Assembly (NCBI GenBank): GCA_046732535.1
Contig: JBKPNH010000062.1
Coordinates: forward strand, 972 to 64,971
Origin: Acidobacteriota bacterium
Lineage (GTDB): Bacteria > Acidobacteriota > Blastocatellia > Pyrinomonadales > Pyrinomonadaceae
Direction of reading: 5' to 3'
DNA length: 64,000 nt
The notes under the pieces are model-generated. The model worked only from the letters and a program-made list of their open reading frames with translations. It made no database searches and was not told the origin of the DNA. This document shows, one piece after another, positions 55,061 to 64,000 of the stretch. The position numbers and the translations under genes are program-made. Each line of letters opens with the position of its first letter. Position 1 is the first letter of the stretch.

Positions 55061-57367
55061 ATGATCCCGGCGATGCCCAGCGCCATCTTCCTCGACACTC
55101 CGGTCGAGGATCTTCACAAGTTTCGCATCGCACGACTAGGTGAGAGTCCTTCGCGCAAACTCGCCTCGGCGCTCGCCTCGCAGGTTCACAAGCGAAAGGT
55201 GTCCGAGGTCACTGTCGAAGATCTGCTCACCTATCTCCCGATGCGTTACGAGGATCGCTCTCGCACAGCCGCCATTCGCGATCTGCAAGACGGCCTCGAG
55301 GCGTCGCTCGATCTTACTGTAACTCACGCGCACGGTTATCCAGTGCGCGGCAAGAGCAACTTCGGCGGACGACCAAGACTATACATCTTCGAAATCGCCG
55401 CCGCAGACGCGGGTAAAACCGGACGCGATGTTGTCGTCTGGTGGTTCGTCTCCGGCCGCCGCGCTTACGACATCATCAAGTACTACACCGCCAGGCTCGT
55501 TCCCGGCACACGTTTCATCACCTTCGGCCGTTGGGAACTGGAACCGCGCCGCAACGCTTACAAACTGCGCTTACAGAAACCGGCAGACGAGCTCGAAATC
55601 ATCGCCATACCGGAACAGGATGATCTGCCGACAGGCGAGCATTACTCCGAACAGCCCGATCCCGAACAGATCGAGGAGAACGTACCCGATCCCTCGCTGG
55701 CCGCGATCCACGTCGCGCGGCGCGTGCCCGTGTATCGCAAACTCGGCGACTTCAACTCGAAACGCCTGCGAGAGATCGTCCATGCGACCCTGGCCCACGT
55801 CGACGACGCTGCGATCGAGGAAACATTGCCAGCCGACCTGAGACAGCGCATCCGGCTCGTCGGCCGCGCACAAGCATTGCGCGAGATTCACTTCCCACCA
55901 ACGGAAATATCGATGTCGGATTACGAACAGTCGCGCAGCCCGGCGCACCTGCGACTGATCTTCGAGGACTTCTTCTGGCTGACGTTCGCCATTGGCGTAA
56001 AGCGCGGCCTCCGCGTCAAGGAATTGAAAGACACGCCGGTAAGGATCGACAAAGACGTCAAAAACGCGGTCGCATCGGTGTTGCCGTTCAAGTTGACGAA
56101 GGCGCAACGAAAGGTCACGGCCGATATTTTTAACGACATGAAGTCGACCTCCGCGATGAATCGACTGCTACAGGGCGACGTCGGCAGCGGCAAAACCATC
56201 GTCGCTCTCATCGCGATGATCGCGGCCATCGAAAACGGTTTGCAAACCGCGTTGATGGCGCCCACCGAGATTCTCGCCGAACAGCACGCACGAAACATCA
56301 AACGCCTGCTCGCGAAAACGCCATATCGCGTTGAGTTGTTAACCGGCTCCGTCCGCGCTGCTGAGAAACGCAGGCTGCAAACGGCGCTGCGAGACGGTGA
56401 GATCAACGCCGTCGTCGGCACGCAGGCGCTGATTCAGGAAGGTGTGTCGTTCGCGCGGCTCGGGCTCGTGGTCATTGACGAACAACACCGTTTCGGCGTG
56501 ATGCAGCGTGCGGAGCTGCGCGAACGCGGACTGAATCCCGACGTGCTCGTTATGACGGCGACGCCGATCCCGCGTTCGCTGGCGATGACGGTCTACGGCG
56601 ATCTCGACGTTTCAGTGATCGACGAACTGCCGCCGGGCCGCACGCCGATCGAGACGATGGTCGTCGGCGAAGATCACCGGCAGGAAGTGAAGCGTTTAAT
56701 AAAGCGCGAAGTGAGCGCGGGACGCCAGGTCTACGTCGTATATCCGCTTGTCGAAGAGTCGGAAAAGATGGACTTGCGCGATGCGAAGCAACGTTATGAA
56801 TATCTGCGCGACACAGTCTTTCCGAAGCTGCCCATTGGCCTGCTGCACGGAAAGATGAAACCCGCGGAGAAAGAAGAAGTGATGAGTGCGTTCGTGGCCG
56901 GCAAGATCAAGATACTGGTCTCGACGAGCGTGATCGAGGTCGGCGTCGACGTTCCGAACGCGTCAGTGATGATCGTCGAGCATGCGGAACGGTTCGGACT
57001 ATCGCAGCTTCATCAACTGCGTGGCCGCGTCGGCCGGGGCGCCGAAAAGAGTTACTGCGTTCTGCTGACGAGCGACAAGAAGACGGCGATCGCCGAAGAG
57101 CGGCTGGGGATCATGGCTAAGACGAGCAACGGGTTCGTCATCGCCGAGAAGGATCTGGAGCTGCGTGGGCCAGGCGAGTTGCTGGGGACGAAGCAATCCG
57201 GGCTGCCGGAGTTTCGCATCGGAAACATCGTTCGCGATCAGCAGTTGCTGGAACAGGCGCGACACGAGGCCGACTACTATTTAAGCCGCGAAAAATCTAC
57301 GGCGACGATGAAGATGATGGCCCGTGTCTCCACCGACGCGCGATTAGGGTTGGCGGCGATCGGATGA
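55061..57367 (+). CDS. recG: ATP-dependent DNA helicase RecG
   Basis: FKLTKAQRKV...LLQGDVGSGKT...DEQHRFG...TATPIPR...QLHQLRGRVGRG. The start is ambiguous (55061 or 55073). Confidence 0.9.
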   Translation: MIPAMPSAIFLDTPVEDLHKFRIARLGESPSRKLASALASQVHKRKVSEVTVEDLLTYLPMRYEDRSRTAAIRDLQDGLEASLDLTVTHAHGYPVRGKSNFGGRPRLYIFEIAAADAGKTGRDVVVWWFVSGRRAYDIIKYYTARLVPGTRFITFGRWELEPRRNAYKLRLQKPADELEIIAIPEQDDLPTGEHYSEQPDPEQIEENVPDPSLAAIHVARRVPVYRKLGDFNSKRLREIVHATLAHVDDAAIEETLPADLRQRIRLVGRAQALREIHFPPTEISMSDYEQSRSPAHLRLIFEDFFWLTFAIGVKRGLRVKELKDTPVRIDKDVKNAVASVLPFKLTKAQRKVTADIFNDMKSTSAMNRLLQGDVGSGKTIVALIAMIAAIENGLQTALMAPTEILAEQHARNIKRLLAKTPYRVELLTGSVRAAEKRRLQTALRDGEINAVVGTQALIQEGVSFARLGLVVIDEQHRFGVMQRAELRERGLNPDVLVMTATPIPRSLAMTVYGDLDVSVIDELPPGRTPIETMVVGEDHRQEVKRLIKREVSAGRQVYVVYPLVEESEKMDLRDAKQRYEYLRDTVFPKLPIGLLHGKMKPAEKEEVMSAFVAGKIKILVSTSVIEVGVDVPNASVMIVEHAERFGLSQLHQLRGRVGRGAEKSYCVLLTSDKKTAIAEERLGIMAKTSNGFVIAEKDLELRGPGELLGTKQSGLPEFRIGNIVRDQQLLEQARHEADYYLSREKSTATMKMMARVSTDARLGLAAIG

Positions 57368-57380
57368 TAAGGTTTTTGTC

Positions 57381-57926
57381 ATGCGGATCATTGCGGGAAC
57401 GTACAAGGGTCGGAATCTCAAGAGCCCGCCGTCTATGCAAGTGCGGCCCACGTCGGATCGGCTGCGCGAAACGCTTTTCAATGTGATTGCGCCGCGAATC
57501 GAGGATGCGAGGTTCCTGGATTTGTGTGCCGGTTCAGGGGCGGTCGGAATCGAGGCGTTGTCGCGTGGCGCGCACCATGTGACGTTTGTGGATCGGTCGA
57601 GAAAGAGTTGTCAATTGATTGAGTCAAACGTCGAGCTGTGCCGTATTCCGAAGGAGCAGTACGAGATCTATCAGATGACGGCGGAGGACTTTTTACGGCA
57701 ACCGTCAACGGAGTCGTGGGACATCGCGTTTTTCGATCCACCTTATAAAGAAGACTACCTGCGCACGTTGGAACTTCTGAAGAGCGGCTTAGTGATTGTC
57801 GAGCACCATCATAAAAACACATTACCTGAAATGATTGGCGCCTTACATCGCACTCGGATCTTGAAACAAGGCGATTCATCGCTTAGCTTTTACGAAGGTT
57901 TAGCTCATGTTGATTCTCGGTATTGA
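57381..57926 (+). CDS. rsmD: 16S rRNA (guanine966-N2)-methyltransferase RsmD
   Basis: [12 protein letters not shown]...[13 protein letters not shown]...[19 protein letters not shown]...DPPY. Confidence 0.88.
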   Translation: MRIIAGTYKGRNLKSPPSMQVRPTSDRLRETLFNVIAPRIEDARFLDLCAGSGAVGIEALSRGAHHVTFVDRSRKSCQLIESNVELCRIPKEQYEIYQMTAEDFLRQPSTESWDIAFFDPPYKEDYLRTLELLKSGLVIVEHHHKNTLPEMIGALHRTRILKQGDSSLSFYEGLAHVDSRY

Positions 57927-58983
57927 AACATCATGTGACGAAACAGCGGCTGCGGTCGTGCGTGACGGCCGGGAGATCGTATCGTCCGTGATCTCCTCTC
58001 AAGTACCTGTTCACAAGCGATACGGCGGCGTCGTCCCCGAGCTTGCTTCACGCGAGCACCTCGACAAGATCGTTCCCGTTGTCTCTGAAGCATTCGAACG
58101 TTCCGGTGTAGCAGCGCGTGACGTCGACGGCATCGCCGTGACGATTGGACCGGGCCTCGTCGGTTCGCTGCTTGTCGGTGTTTCGTATGCGAAGGCGATG
58201 GCGTATGCGCTCGACAAGCCGTTCGTCGGCGTCAATCATATCGAAGGTCACATCTATTCCGTCGCTTTTGAGAACCCGCCGATCGAGTATCCGGCGGAGG
58301 CGCTGATCGTTTCCGGCGGGCACACGAACATCTTTCACATTCCCGAACCGGGACAGTACAAAGTCGTCTCGCGTACGCGTGACGATGCTGCGGGCGAGGC
58401 GTTCGACAAAGTCGCGAAGATGCTGGGGCTTGGTTATCCGGGTGGGCCCGTCATCGAGCGGCTTGCGCGCGAGGGAAATCCGCACGCGGTGCCGTTTTCG
58501 ATTCCGCGCATGGGCGACGGGCTGCCGGATTTCAGTTTCAGCGGACTGAAGACGGCGGTCACGAAGCACGTGCGCGAGAGCGGATTGTCGCCGGTTGAGA
58601 ATGGCGGTGAGCCGTCGCAGGAGATCAAGGATCTTGCCGCCAGTTTTCAGCACGTCGTGGTCCAATCCCTGGTGCGGACGATGGAACGGATCGCCGAAGA
58701 GTATTATCCGAAGACGTTGATCGTCGCCGGCGGAGTTGCGTGTAACGGAAAACTGCGCGAGGTTGCGCGTGAGATGGCGTCGTCGTTGGACCTGCCTGTT
58801 TACTTCCCCTCGCCACACTTGTCGACTGACAACGCTGCGATGATCGCGGCGGCTGGAACCGTAAAACTTCTCGCGGGCGAACGCGGCACTCTCGACATGA
58901 ACGCCGACGTCACTTTGCGACTTCAAAACATGGATCTTGAAGAAGAAGCCGCCAAGCGCGCCGGCGTTCGCTATCGGCTTTAA
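57907..58983 (+). CDS. tsaD: tRNA N6-adenosine threonylcarbamoyltransferase TsaD
   Basis: [16 protein letters not shown]...VNHIEGH...SGGHT...GGVACN. Confidence 0.95.
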   Translation: MLILGIETSCDETAAAVVRDGREIVSSVISSQVPVHKRYGGVVPELASREHLDKIVPVVSEAFERSGVAARDVDGIAVTIGPGLVGSLLVGVSYAKAMAYALDKPFVGVNHIEGHIYSVAFENPPIEYPAEALIVSGGHTNIFHIPEPGQYKVVSRTRDDAAGEAFDKVAKMLGLGYPGGPVIERLAREGNPHAVPFSIPRMGDGLPDFSFSGLKTAVTKHVRESGLSPVENGGEPSQEIKDLAASFQHVVVQSLVRTMERIAEEYYPKTLIVAGGVACNGKLREVAREMASSLDLPVYFPSPHLSTDNAAMIAAAGTVKLLAGERGTLDMNADVTLRLQNMDLEEEAAKRAGVRYRL

Positions 58984-59382
58984 CTATGGAACGCTAACGA
59001 AACGAACTACCGACGCCGGCAGCGGCCCCGCCGAGCATCCGTGTCCGGGAATTGTTCTCGGCACGGTCGTACTGTCCAGCATATTAGTCAGATCGACCAC
59101 AGCCAACTGGGTTGCCCCGGCATTCGCCAACAGCGCGATTGCGTGGCCCGTGGCTGGACTGCGATACGCAGTCACAGTATGCGGATCAAAGCCATTATTG
59201 AAACCGTTCCCGATGTTGCAGGAGACCCAGTCACCGATCGCCGGCGTAAGGCCGCCACCTGAAACTGAGGGAAGGAGAAACGCAGTAATGACATCGCCTC
59301 CGAACTCTCCGGTCACGATACGCGCGTGCACGAGGACTGTGGTGTGTGTAAATTCGTTTGTCTGTGTTTCTGGTCTCGTCAC
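58984..59382 (-). CDS. Hypothetical 132-aa protein, possibly a remnant of a larger beta-propeller (LVIVD-like) protein
   Basis: ORF with a GTG start, 22 nt downstream of the YARHG gene. It has no signal peptide and contains ...ATQLAVVDLTNM.... Confidence 0.3.
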   Translation of the reverse strand: MTRPETQTNEFTHTTVLVHARIVTGEFGGDVITAFLLPSVSGGGLTPAIGDWVSCNIGNGFNNGFDPHTVTAYRSPATGHAIALLANAGATQLAVVDLTNMLDSTTVPRTIPGHGCSAGPLPASVVRFVSVP

Positions 59383-59404
59383 GCGAGACCTAGAGTGGGC
59401 CTTA

Positions 59405-60556
59405 TCAACCCTCTATCGTGCTCATCGCGGTGACGGCACGTTTTTCATAGGCCGCAATGGTCGCGATGTTCTTCTTCTCGACCTCATTCAACGACGCATC
59501 AGTAAAGTTTGGATCTGCTTTGTACCAGTCGAAGCTGGAGAAGTACTTCTGTAGCCACGGCTCTTTGAAGACCTTGCCGTGACGCGCGTAGATCTCCTGC
59601 CGCATCTGGCTCGCGTCTTCGATGAACAAACCTTCCAACAGCGCGCGCGTGATCGGTTTGGTGCCCAGTTCCTGGTGAATGCGGTTCTCATACTTGACGA
59701 TCGTCTCGACGTTCAACTTGTCGGTTCCTGAAACGCTCTCGTCCTTGAAGTTCTCGTCAGGCGTGTACCACGGCTGCTGGTAGAAATACTGTTGCAACCA
59801 TTCAGCGCGAAACATGCGCCCGTGGCGCGCATAAACCTCGTTCCGCAGCAGCCGCAACTCGTGCAGGCTCAAGCCCAGTAGCATCTGTTCGGAGATCGTC
59901 CTGTTTTCGAATAACTCCATATCGCCCGGCAGGAGGGCCACGCGGCGTTGCTTCTTCTCGGCGGTGCTTAGCGTCTCGAGGTTCTTACGTTCGATAGCGG
60001 TGAGTTTCTTCGAATCGTACTTGTCGTTCGGCCGATACCAGTAACGTTCTTCGAAATATTGTTGCAGCCAGGGCTCGTCGTCGAAGCGTTTTCCGTGAAT
60101 CGCTTCGAGCTCCGCTTGCAGCACTTTCCATTCAGCATTGCTGTGCTTGCCCAGTTTGCGTGGAGTGATCGTGCGGTCACGCCAGTAGCGCATGTCGCCC
60201 GGTTGGATTGTTTCGTGCAGCGCGGCTTCGGCGATCCGAATCATGTCGAGATTGCGACGCTCGGTGTCGTTCAGCATCGAGTTCTTGAAATCGGGATTCG
60301 GCGAGTACCACGGCTGCGCTTCGAGATACTGCTTGATCTCGGCGTCTTTGAAGACGCGTCCGTGACGGCCAAACACGAGCCCGCGCAACAGTTTCAGATC
60401 CCATATCGTGAGCTTCTGAATGTCGGCGCGCTTGATGGCGTTTTCGCTGAAGTCAAAGCCCTTCCACGCGTCCATCGGGTCCTGGGCGACGACGGTGAAC
60501 GCGGAGACGGCAATTAAAGTTAGGATGAGAAGGGAGCGTCGGGAGATAGAAAACAC
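59405..60556 (-). CDS. Secreted protein with four YARHG domains
   Basis: GTG at 60556 has AAGGAG 7 nt upstream and gives MFSISRRSLLILTLIAVSAFTVVAQ. Four copies of the (V/I)(F/Y)(G/A)RHG(R/K)xF....Y(F/L)..Q.WY.P pattern. Confidence 0.85.
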   Translation of the reverse strand: MFSISRRSLLILTLIAVSAFTVVAQDPMDAWKGFDFSENAIKRADIQKLTIWDLKLLRGLVFGRHGRVFKDAEIKQYLEAQPWYSPNPDFKNSMLNDTERRNLDMIRIAEAALHETIQPGDMRYWRDRTITPRKLGKHSNAEWKVLQAELEAIHGKRFDDEPWLQQYFEERYWYRPNDKYDSKKLTAIERKNLETLSTAEKKQRRVALLPGDMELFENRTISEQMLLGLSLHELRLLRNEVYARHGRMFRAEWLQQYFYQQPWYTPDENFKDESVSGTDKLNVETIVKYENRIHQELGTKPITRALLEGLFIEDASQMRQEIYARHGKVFKEPWLQKYFSSFDWYKADPNFTDASLNEVEKKNIATIAAYEKRAVTAMSTIEG

Positions 60557-60570
60557 GTATGTTCTCCTTA

Positions 60571-60993
60571 TTAAGAGGCGCAATGTTTCTCGAAGGCCTC
60601 GGTGAGCTCGCCGGCGATCTGGGTTGCGTCGCGGCCCTCGATTTGAAATCGTTCCAACATGTAGACGAGTTCGCCGTCTTTGAGAATGGCGATTGACGGA
60701 GATGATGGCCGATAGCCGGTGAAGTAGCTGCGCGCTCGGTCGGTCGCTTCGATGTCAGCGCCGGCGAAAACGGTCGTAACTCGATCGGGTTTCACCTCAT
60801 TTTGCAGCGCCAGAGCTACGCCCGGACGCGCCTTTCCCGCGGCGCAGCCGCAAATCGAGTTTACGACAACCATCAGCGTTCCTTTGCTGTTCTTCACGGC
60901 GTCGTCGACTTCCTCCGCCGTTTTCAATTCCTCCACTCCTAAACGCGTTAAATCTTCGCGCATTGGGCGAATCATGATTTCTGGATATGGCAT
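60571..60993 (-). CDS. Bacilliredoxin (BrxA/BrxB, YphP/YqiW family)
   Basis: Near full-length resemblance to B. subtilis YphP as I recall it: ...LMVVVNSICGCAAGKARP...VFAGADIEAT...YFTG..PSSPS.... Confidence 0.88.
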   Translation of the reverse strand: MPYPEIMIRPMREDLTRLGVEELKTAEEVDDAVKNSKGTLMVVVNSICGCAAGKARPGVALALQNEVKPDRVTTVFAGADIEATDRARSYFTGYRPSSPSIAILKDGELVYMLERFQIEGRDATQIAGELTEAFEKHCAS

Positions 60994-61007
60994 TTACTAT
61001 TCACTCC

Positions 61008-61463
61008 TTAACGTTTTGTGATTGAGATCCGGCGAGGCGAATCGCCATCGCCGGAAATGTTAATGTGCCAGACGGCGTTGGGTAAAGGGTAGTCGCCCAT
61101 CCGTTCAGGCCATTCGATGACTATCACGGCGTGTTCGTCGATGAGTAATTCGTCCAGATCGACGGCGTGGGCCGCGCTAGCGCCCTTGTCCAGGCGGTAG
61201 AGGTCGATGTGATAGAGGCGCAGGCGGCCCTCGTGCGGATTGACGAGCGTGAATGACGGGCTGGTGACGTCTTCTTCGGCGACTCCGAGGGCAGAACCGA
61301 TTCCTTTGACGAAGAGCGTCTTGCCGGCGCCCAGTGGTCCGTTGAGTAGCAGGATCTCGCCGCCCTCGAGCCGCGCCCCGACCTGATGTCCGAGGTTGAA
61401 AGTTTTCACCGGAGAAGAGCTGTGAAAGTCACCGGTAGGAAGATGGTCGCGAGATCTCGTCAT
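61008..61463 (-). CDS. tsaE: tRNA threonylcarbamoyladenosine biosynthesis ATPase TsaE
   Basis: LLNGPLGAGKTLFVKGI...SPSFTLVN...HIDLYRL. Confidence 0.9.
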   Translation of the reverse strand: MTRSRDHLPTGDFHSSSPVKTFNLGHQVGARLEGGEILLLNGPLGAGKTLFVKGIGSALGVAEEDVTSPSFTLVNPHEGRLRLYHIDLYRLDKGASAAHAVDLDELLIDEHAVIVIEWPERMGDYPLPNAVWHINISGDGDSPRRISITKR

Positions 61464-63067
61464 ATGGCCGCACCAGGTTGTTCTCCTTCTGGATCTAAAT
61501 AACGCACCGCGCTCGTGAAATGGTCGCGGATATCGGAAGCGACCATCGTGCGCATGCCAAACATTTCCGCTGCCAAATCGCCCGCGAGTCCGCCGACGTA
61601 CAACGCCGCGATAACTGCTGCCAGCGGATCTGCTTTGTCTTTCAGAGTCGCGTAGGCTTGCGCAAGAAAGCCGGAAATAAGACCGGCGAGCGTGTCGCCC
61701 GAGCCCGCCGTGCCCAGACCTGGATTTCCGGTCGGGTTAACGAAGACGCGGCCATCTGGCGCCGCCACGATTGATCTTGCTCCTTTCAACATGACAATCA
61801 CTTGATGCGCCGTCGCAAACTCGCGCGCCGTTTCAACCGGGTCGCCGAGTTCAGTCTTGCCCGTCAACTTCAGCATCTCGCCGGGGTGCGGAGTCAGCAC
61901 GAGCGGATGTTCGGAGTTGCCGCTCAGCTCGTCAGGCCAGGGCGCGAGACAGTTCAATCCATCGGCGTCGATGACGCACGGCTTCGAACGCCGTTCGACG
62001 ATGCCGCGGACAAAGCGGCGGGTGCGTTCGTCGTCCGCCGTCAGTCCTGGGCCAACGGCTACGACAGTCGCTTTCTTGCCCGCAAGCTTCAGGAAATGAT
62101 CGATCGCGTCGTCGCTGACCGCGCCGCGATCTGTTTCGGCGAGTGGAGACGTCATGACTTCGGGCATCGAACCCGCGGCGACCAACGGTTGCGCCGAAAC
62201 GGGCGTCGCGACAGTCACCAGTCCGGCTCCTGAACGCATCGCGGCATTACCGCACAACGCTGCCGCGCCGGAATATCCGCGCGAGCCTGCGACGATGAAA
62301 ACGTTTCCGTGCGTGTTCTTGTAAGAGCCGCGGACGTAGCGCGTACTGATGAGCCACTGCCGCGCGTCGTCCTCTTCAACGAGAAACAGCCACGGTTTCA
62401 TCTCGTCGATCAACGAACGTGGCGAGCCGATGTCGGCGACAGTCAATTGACCGCCGAAGTCACACGCCGGCGGGAGGACGTTCGCCGGTTTAGGCGCAGT
62501 GAACGTCACGGTGAGATCCGCTTTCACGGCCGACCCGATCGGATTCGCGAGGTCCGCGTTGAGACCGGAAGGGATGTCGATCGAGAGTATCAATGCATCC
62601 TGGATACGCGAAAGATGCTCGATGACTTTTAAGTGAACACCTTCCAGTGGACGCGTCAGTCCGGTGCCGAAAAGCGCATCGACGATCACATTGAAACGGG
62701 ACGAATCATTCCAGTCGGAATTGTCCGCAGATTCAATCAGCGTCAGCCGTTCGAGACCCGTCAGGCGTTCGAAGTTAGTCCTGGCGTCTCCGCGCGTATC
62801 TGCGACCTTTCCAAACAGCACGACCGTGCACTCAGCCCCCTCGGCAACGAGCAGACGAGCGAGGCCCGCGCCATCGCCGCCGTTGTTGCCCTTGCCGCAA
62901 AGCACGAGGACTCGCAGGCCCGAGAGCTGCGAGTCGAGACGCGCGCGGAGTGCCTCGAGGCAGGCCGCGCTGGCCGATTCCATTAACTTTATTGAAGGGA
63001 TTTTTAGCCGCTCGGTGGTGAGACGATCGATCTCCCGCATCTGGTCGGCGAAGATTACTGGCTGCAC
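61460..63067 (-). CDS. nnr: Bifunctional NAD(P)H-hydrate repair enzyme (epimerase/dehydratase)
   Basis: YjeF_N (LCGKGNNGGDG) and carbohydrate-kinase C-terminal half (...GTAGSGDTLAGLI). Confidence 0.92.
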   Translation of the reverse strand: MQPVIFADQMREIDRLTTERLKIPSIKLMESASAACLEALRARLDSQLSGLRVLVLCGKGNNGGDGAGLARLLVAEGAECTVVLFGKVADTRGDARTNFERLTGLERLTLIESADNSDWNDSSRFNVIVDALFGTGLTRPLEGVHLKVIEHLSRIQDALILSIDIPSGLNADLANPIGSAVKADLTVTFTAPKPANVLPPACDFGGQLTVADIGSPRSLIDEMKPWLFLVEEDDARQWLISTRYVRGSYKNTHGNVFIVAGSRGYSGAAALCGNAAMRSGAGLVTVATPVSAQPLVAAGSMPEVMTSPLAETDRGAVSDDAIDHFLKLAGKKATVVAVGPGLTADDERTRRFVRGIVERRSKPCVIDADGLNCLAPWPDELSGNSEHPLVLTPHPGEMLKLTGKTELGDPVETAREFATAHQVIVMLKGARSIVAAPDGRVFVNPTGNPGLGTAGSGDTLAGLISGFLAQAYATLKDKADPLAAVIAALYVGGLAGDLAAEMFGMRTMVASDIRDHFTSAVRYLDPEGEQPGAAI

Positions 63068-63179
63068 GGCGGGATCATATCAGACCCCCCGCCCGCCTGC
63101 CTGCCGCTGCACTATCTTCCGTTTTTTCCAGGATACTTAACTTAAATATTCAATACGACGGCGTCTCCAGAAATTACGC

Positions 63180-63219
63180 AAAAAAAATTCTGGAACAGGT
63201 GATTACCCTGTTCCAGAAT
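63180..63219 (-). terminator. Rho-independent terminator (13-bp perfect stem plus U8) after the 63243 gene
   Basis: attctggaacagg (63187-63199) pairs with cctgttccagaat (63207-63219) across a 7-nt loop. An A8 run on the plus strand at 63180-63187 gives T8 on the minus strand. Confidence 0.8.
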
Positions 63220-63242
63220 CTGGTCGGTCCTGTAACGCGTTG

Positions 63243-63446
63243 TTAGATGGTGATGGCAGCGCGCACATTAGTGTGGGGAATTACCTGGCCCTGATCGCTT
63301 GCCGGTGCGAGACCTGCTCGAATCAGGTACATGAGCGCCTCGCAAACCTCGCGTGAGCCCGTTCCCACCACTTGTCCTTTTTCATCCTGCAGCACATAGA
63401 TCCGGCCACTCCCGTCTAGTGGAAGAATCATTGGCTTGGTATACAT
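63243..63446 (-). CDS. Small hypothetical protein (67 aa)
   Basis: AGGAG lies 9 nt upstream of the ATG and a strong terminator follows. No family recognised. Confidence 0.55.
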   Translation of the reverse strand: MYTKPMILPLDGSGRIYVLQDEKGQVVGTGSREVCEALMYLIRAGLAPASDQGQVIPHTNVRAAITI

Positions 63447-63492
63447 GCGTTTGTCTCCTGGTTAGGGGCGTTCCAGTACGGTCCAATCCATA

Positions 63493-64000
63493 TCACTTCT
63501 GTTGGCGATTTTTCAACCTGCGGCGAACCGCCCCGGCCGTTCCGAGAAGCCCGCTACCCAACAGGAACAGACTGGCTGGTTCCGGAACCTCACCTGCGGG
63601 AGCGAAACCGCCGAGTCGCCACTGATTGATGTCCGCGAAGTTCGTACCGCCCAGACCCTGGACCGTGACGCTATTGATTACCGCGCCGTCGCCGGCAACG
63701 ATGCCGAAAAAGTTTTGGCCGTTGGTATCGACCGTGAAGACCTCGTTGAAGACTTGGCCGCCGGCAAGCGTGTAGTTAACCGTGAACTGCACCTGTGTCG
63801 GAGGCGGAAGGTTGTTGGTGACGTCGATGTTCAGGATCAGTTTGGTGAACGTGGCGCCGTTTTCGAGTTGGACGGTGACGTTGCTGAAGGGGACGTTGTC
63901 AGTCCCGCCGACGAGCACCGCCTGGCCGCCGCTGACGCCGAGATTGCCGGAGCCGGAAGCGGACGTGAAATCGACGATAAAGCCGGCGCCTGAGCCATTG
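63493..64000 (-). CDS. PEP-CTERM-anchored secreted protein, 5' end beyond the window
   Basis: C-terminus VPEPASLFLLGSGLLGTAGAVRRRLKNR (PEP motif, TM helix, basic tail). The frame stays open upstream of the GTG at 63918 to the window edge. Confidence 0.8.
   Translation of the reverse strand, partial: NGSGAGFIVDFTSASGSGNLGVSGGQAVLVGGTDNVPFSNVTVQLENGATFTKLILNIDVTNNLPPPTQVQFTVNYTLAGGQVFNEVFTVDTNGQNFFGIVAGDGAVINSVTVQGLGGTNFADINQWRLGGFAPAGEVPEPASLFLLGSGLLGTAGAVRRRLKNRQQK

Noticed and set aside
58048-58926. 292-aa ORF antisense to tsaD
   Set aside because: It overlaps an unambiguous tsaD reading frame and has Arg-rich junk composition.
58937-59554. 205-aa plus-strand ORF bridging the tsaD end and the YARHG gene
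   Set aside because: It overlaps two better-supported genes and shows no motif or ribosome-binding site.

Overview
GC-rich bacterial chromosomal segment. My spot counts of single 60-nt lines give about 57-62% GC in core genes. The gene content (CarboxypepD_reg-type TonB-dependent receptor, PEP-CTERM protein, YARHG repeats, glycine-zipper protein, nuo cluster without nuoEFG) suggests Acidobacteriota; this is an inference only. Layout: (1) 1-4.4 kb, an AT-richer block of secreted or unknown proteins. (2) 4.4-17.3 kb, a phosphate-starvation locus: TonB-dependent receptor, orphan OmpR/PhoB-type winged-helix protein, pstSCAB-phoU-phoB-phoR and a convergent outer-membrane porin. Four intergenic regions here carry related 11-nt-phased GTT(C/A)A direct repeats that look like Pho boxes. 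(3) nuoA-nuoB plus a glycine-zipper gene, closed by a strong terminator. (4) An ECF sigma / anti-sigma / haem-binding-domain module. (5) An AT-rich two-gene cassette of unknown function (zinc-ribbon protein plus a novel helical protein with a Fis-type HTH). It is fused to the end of the rpmE-DUF1385-prfA-histidine phosphatase operon and is my best candidate for an undescribed system. (6) A secreted CHAP hydrolase with three C-terminal repeats. (7) nuoC-(small ORF)-D-H-I-J-K-L-M-N with no nuoEFG. It runs with almost no gaps into a GT2 glycosyltransferase + radical SAM/SPASM pair and then atpZ-atpI-atpB-atpE; this pair is the second candidate system. (8) Housekeeping genes: Ser/Thr kinase, lpxK-waaA-efp, hrcA-grpE-dnaK-dnaJ, recG-rsmD-tsaD, nnr-tsaE-bacilliredoxin-YARHG, and a PEP-CTERM protein cut by the window end. 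I recognised no rRNA, tRNA, CRISPR array, transposase or integrase. All calls rest on reading the translated ORFs and the DNA by eye; no database searches were run.
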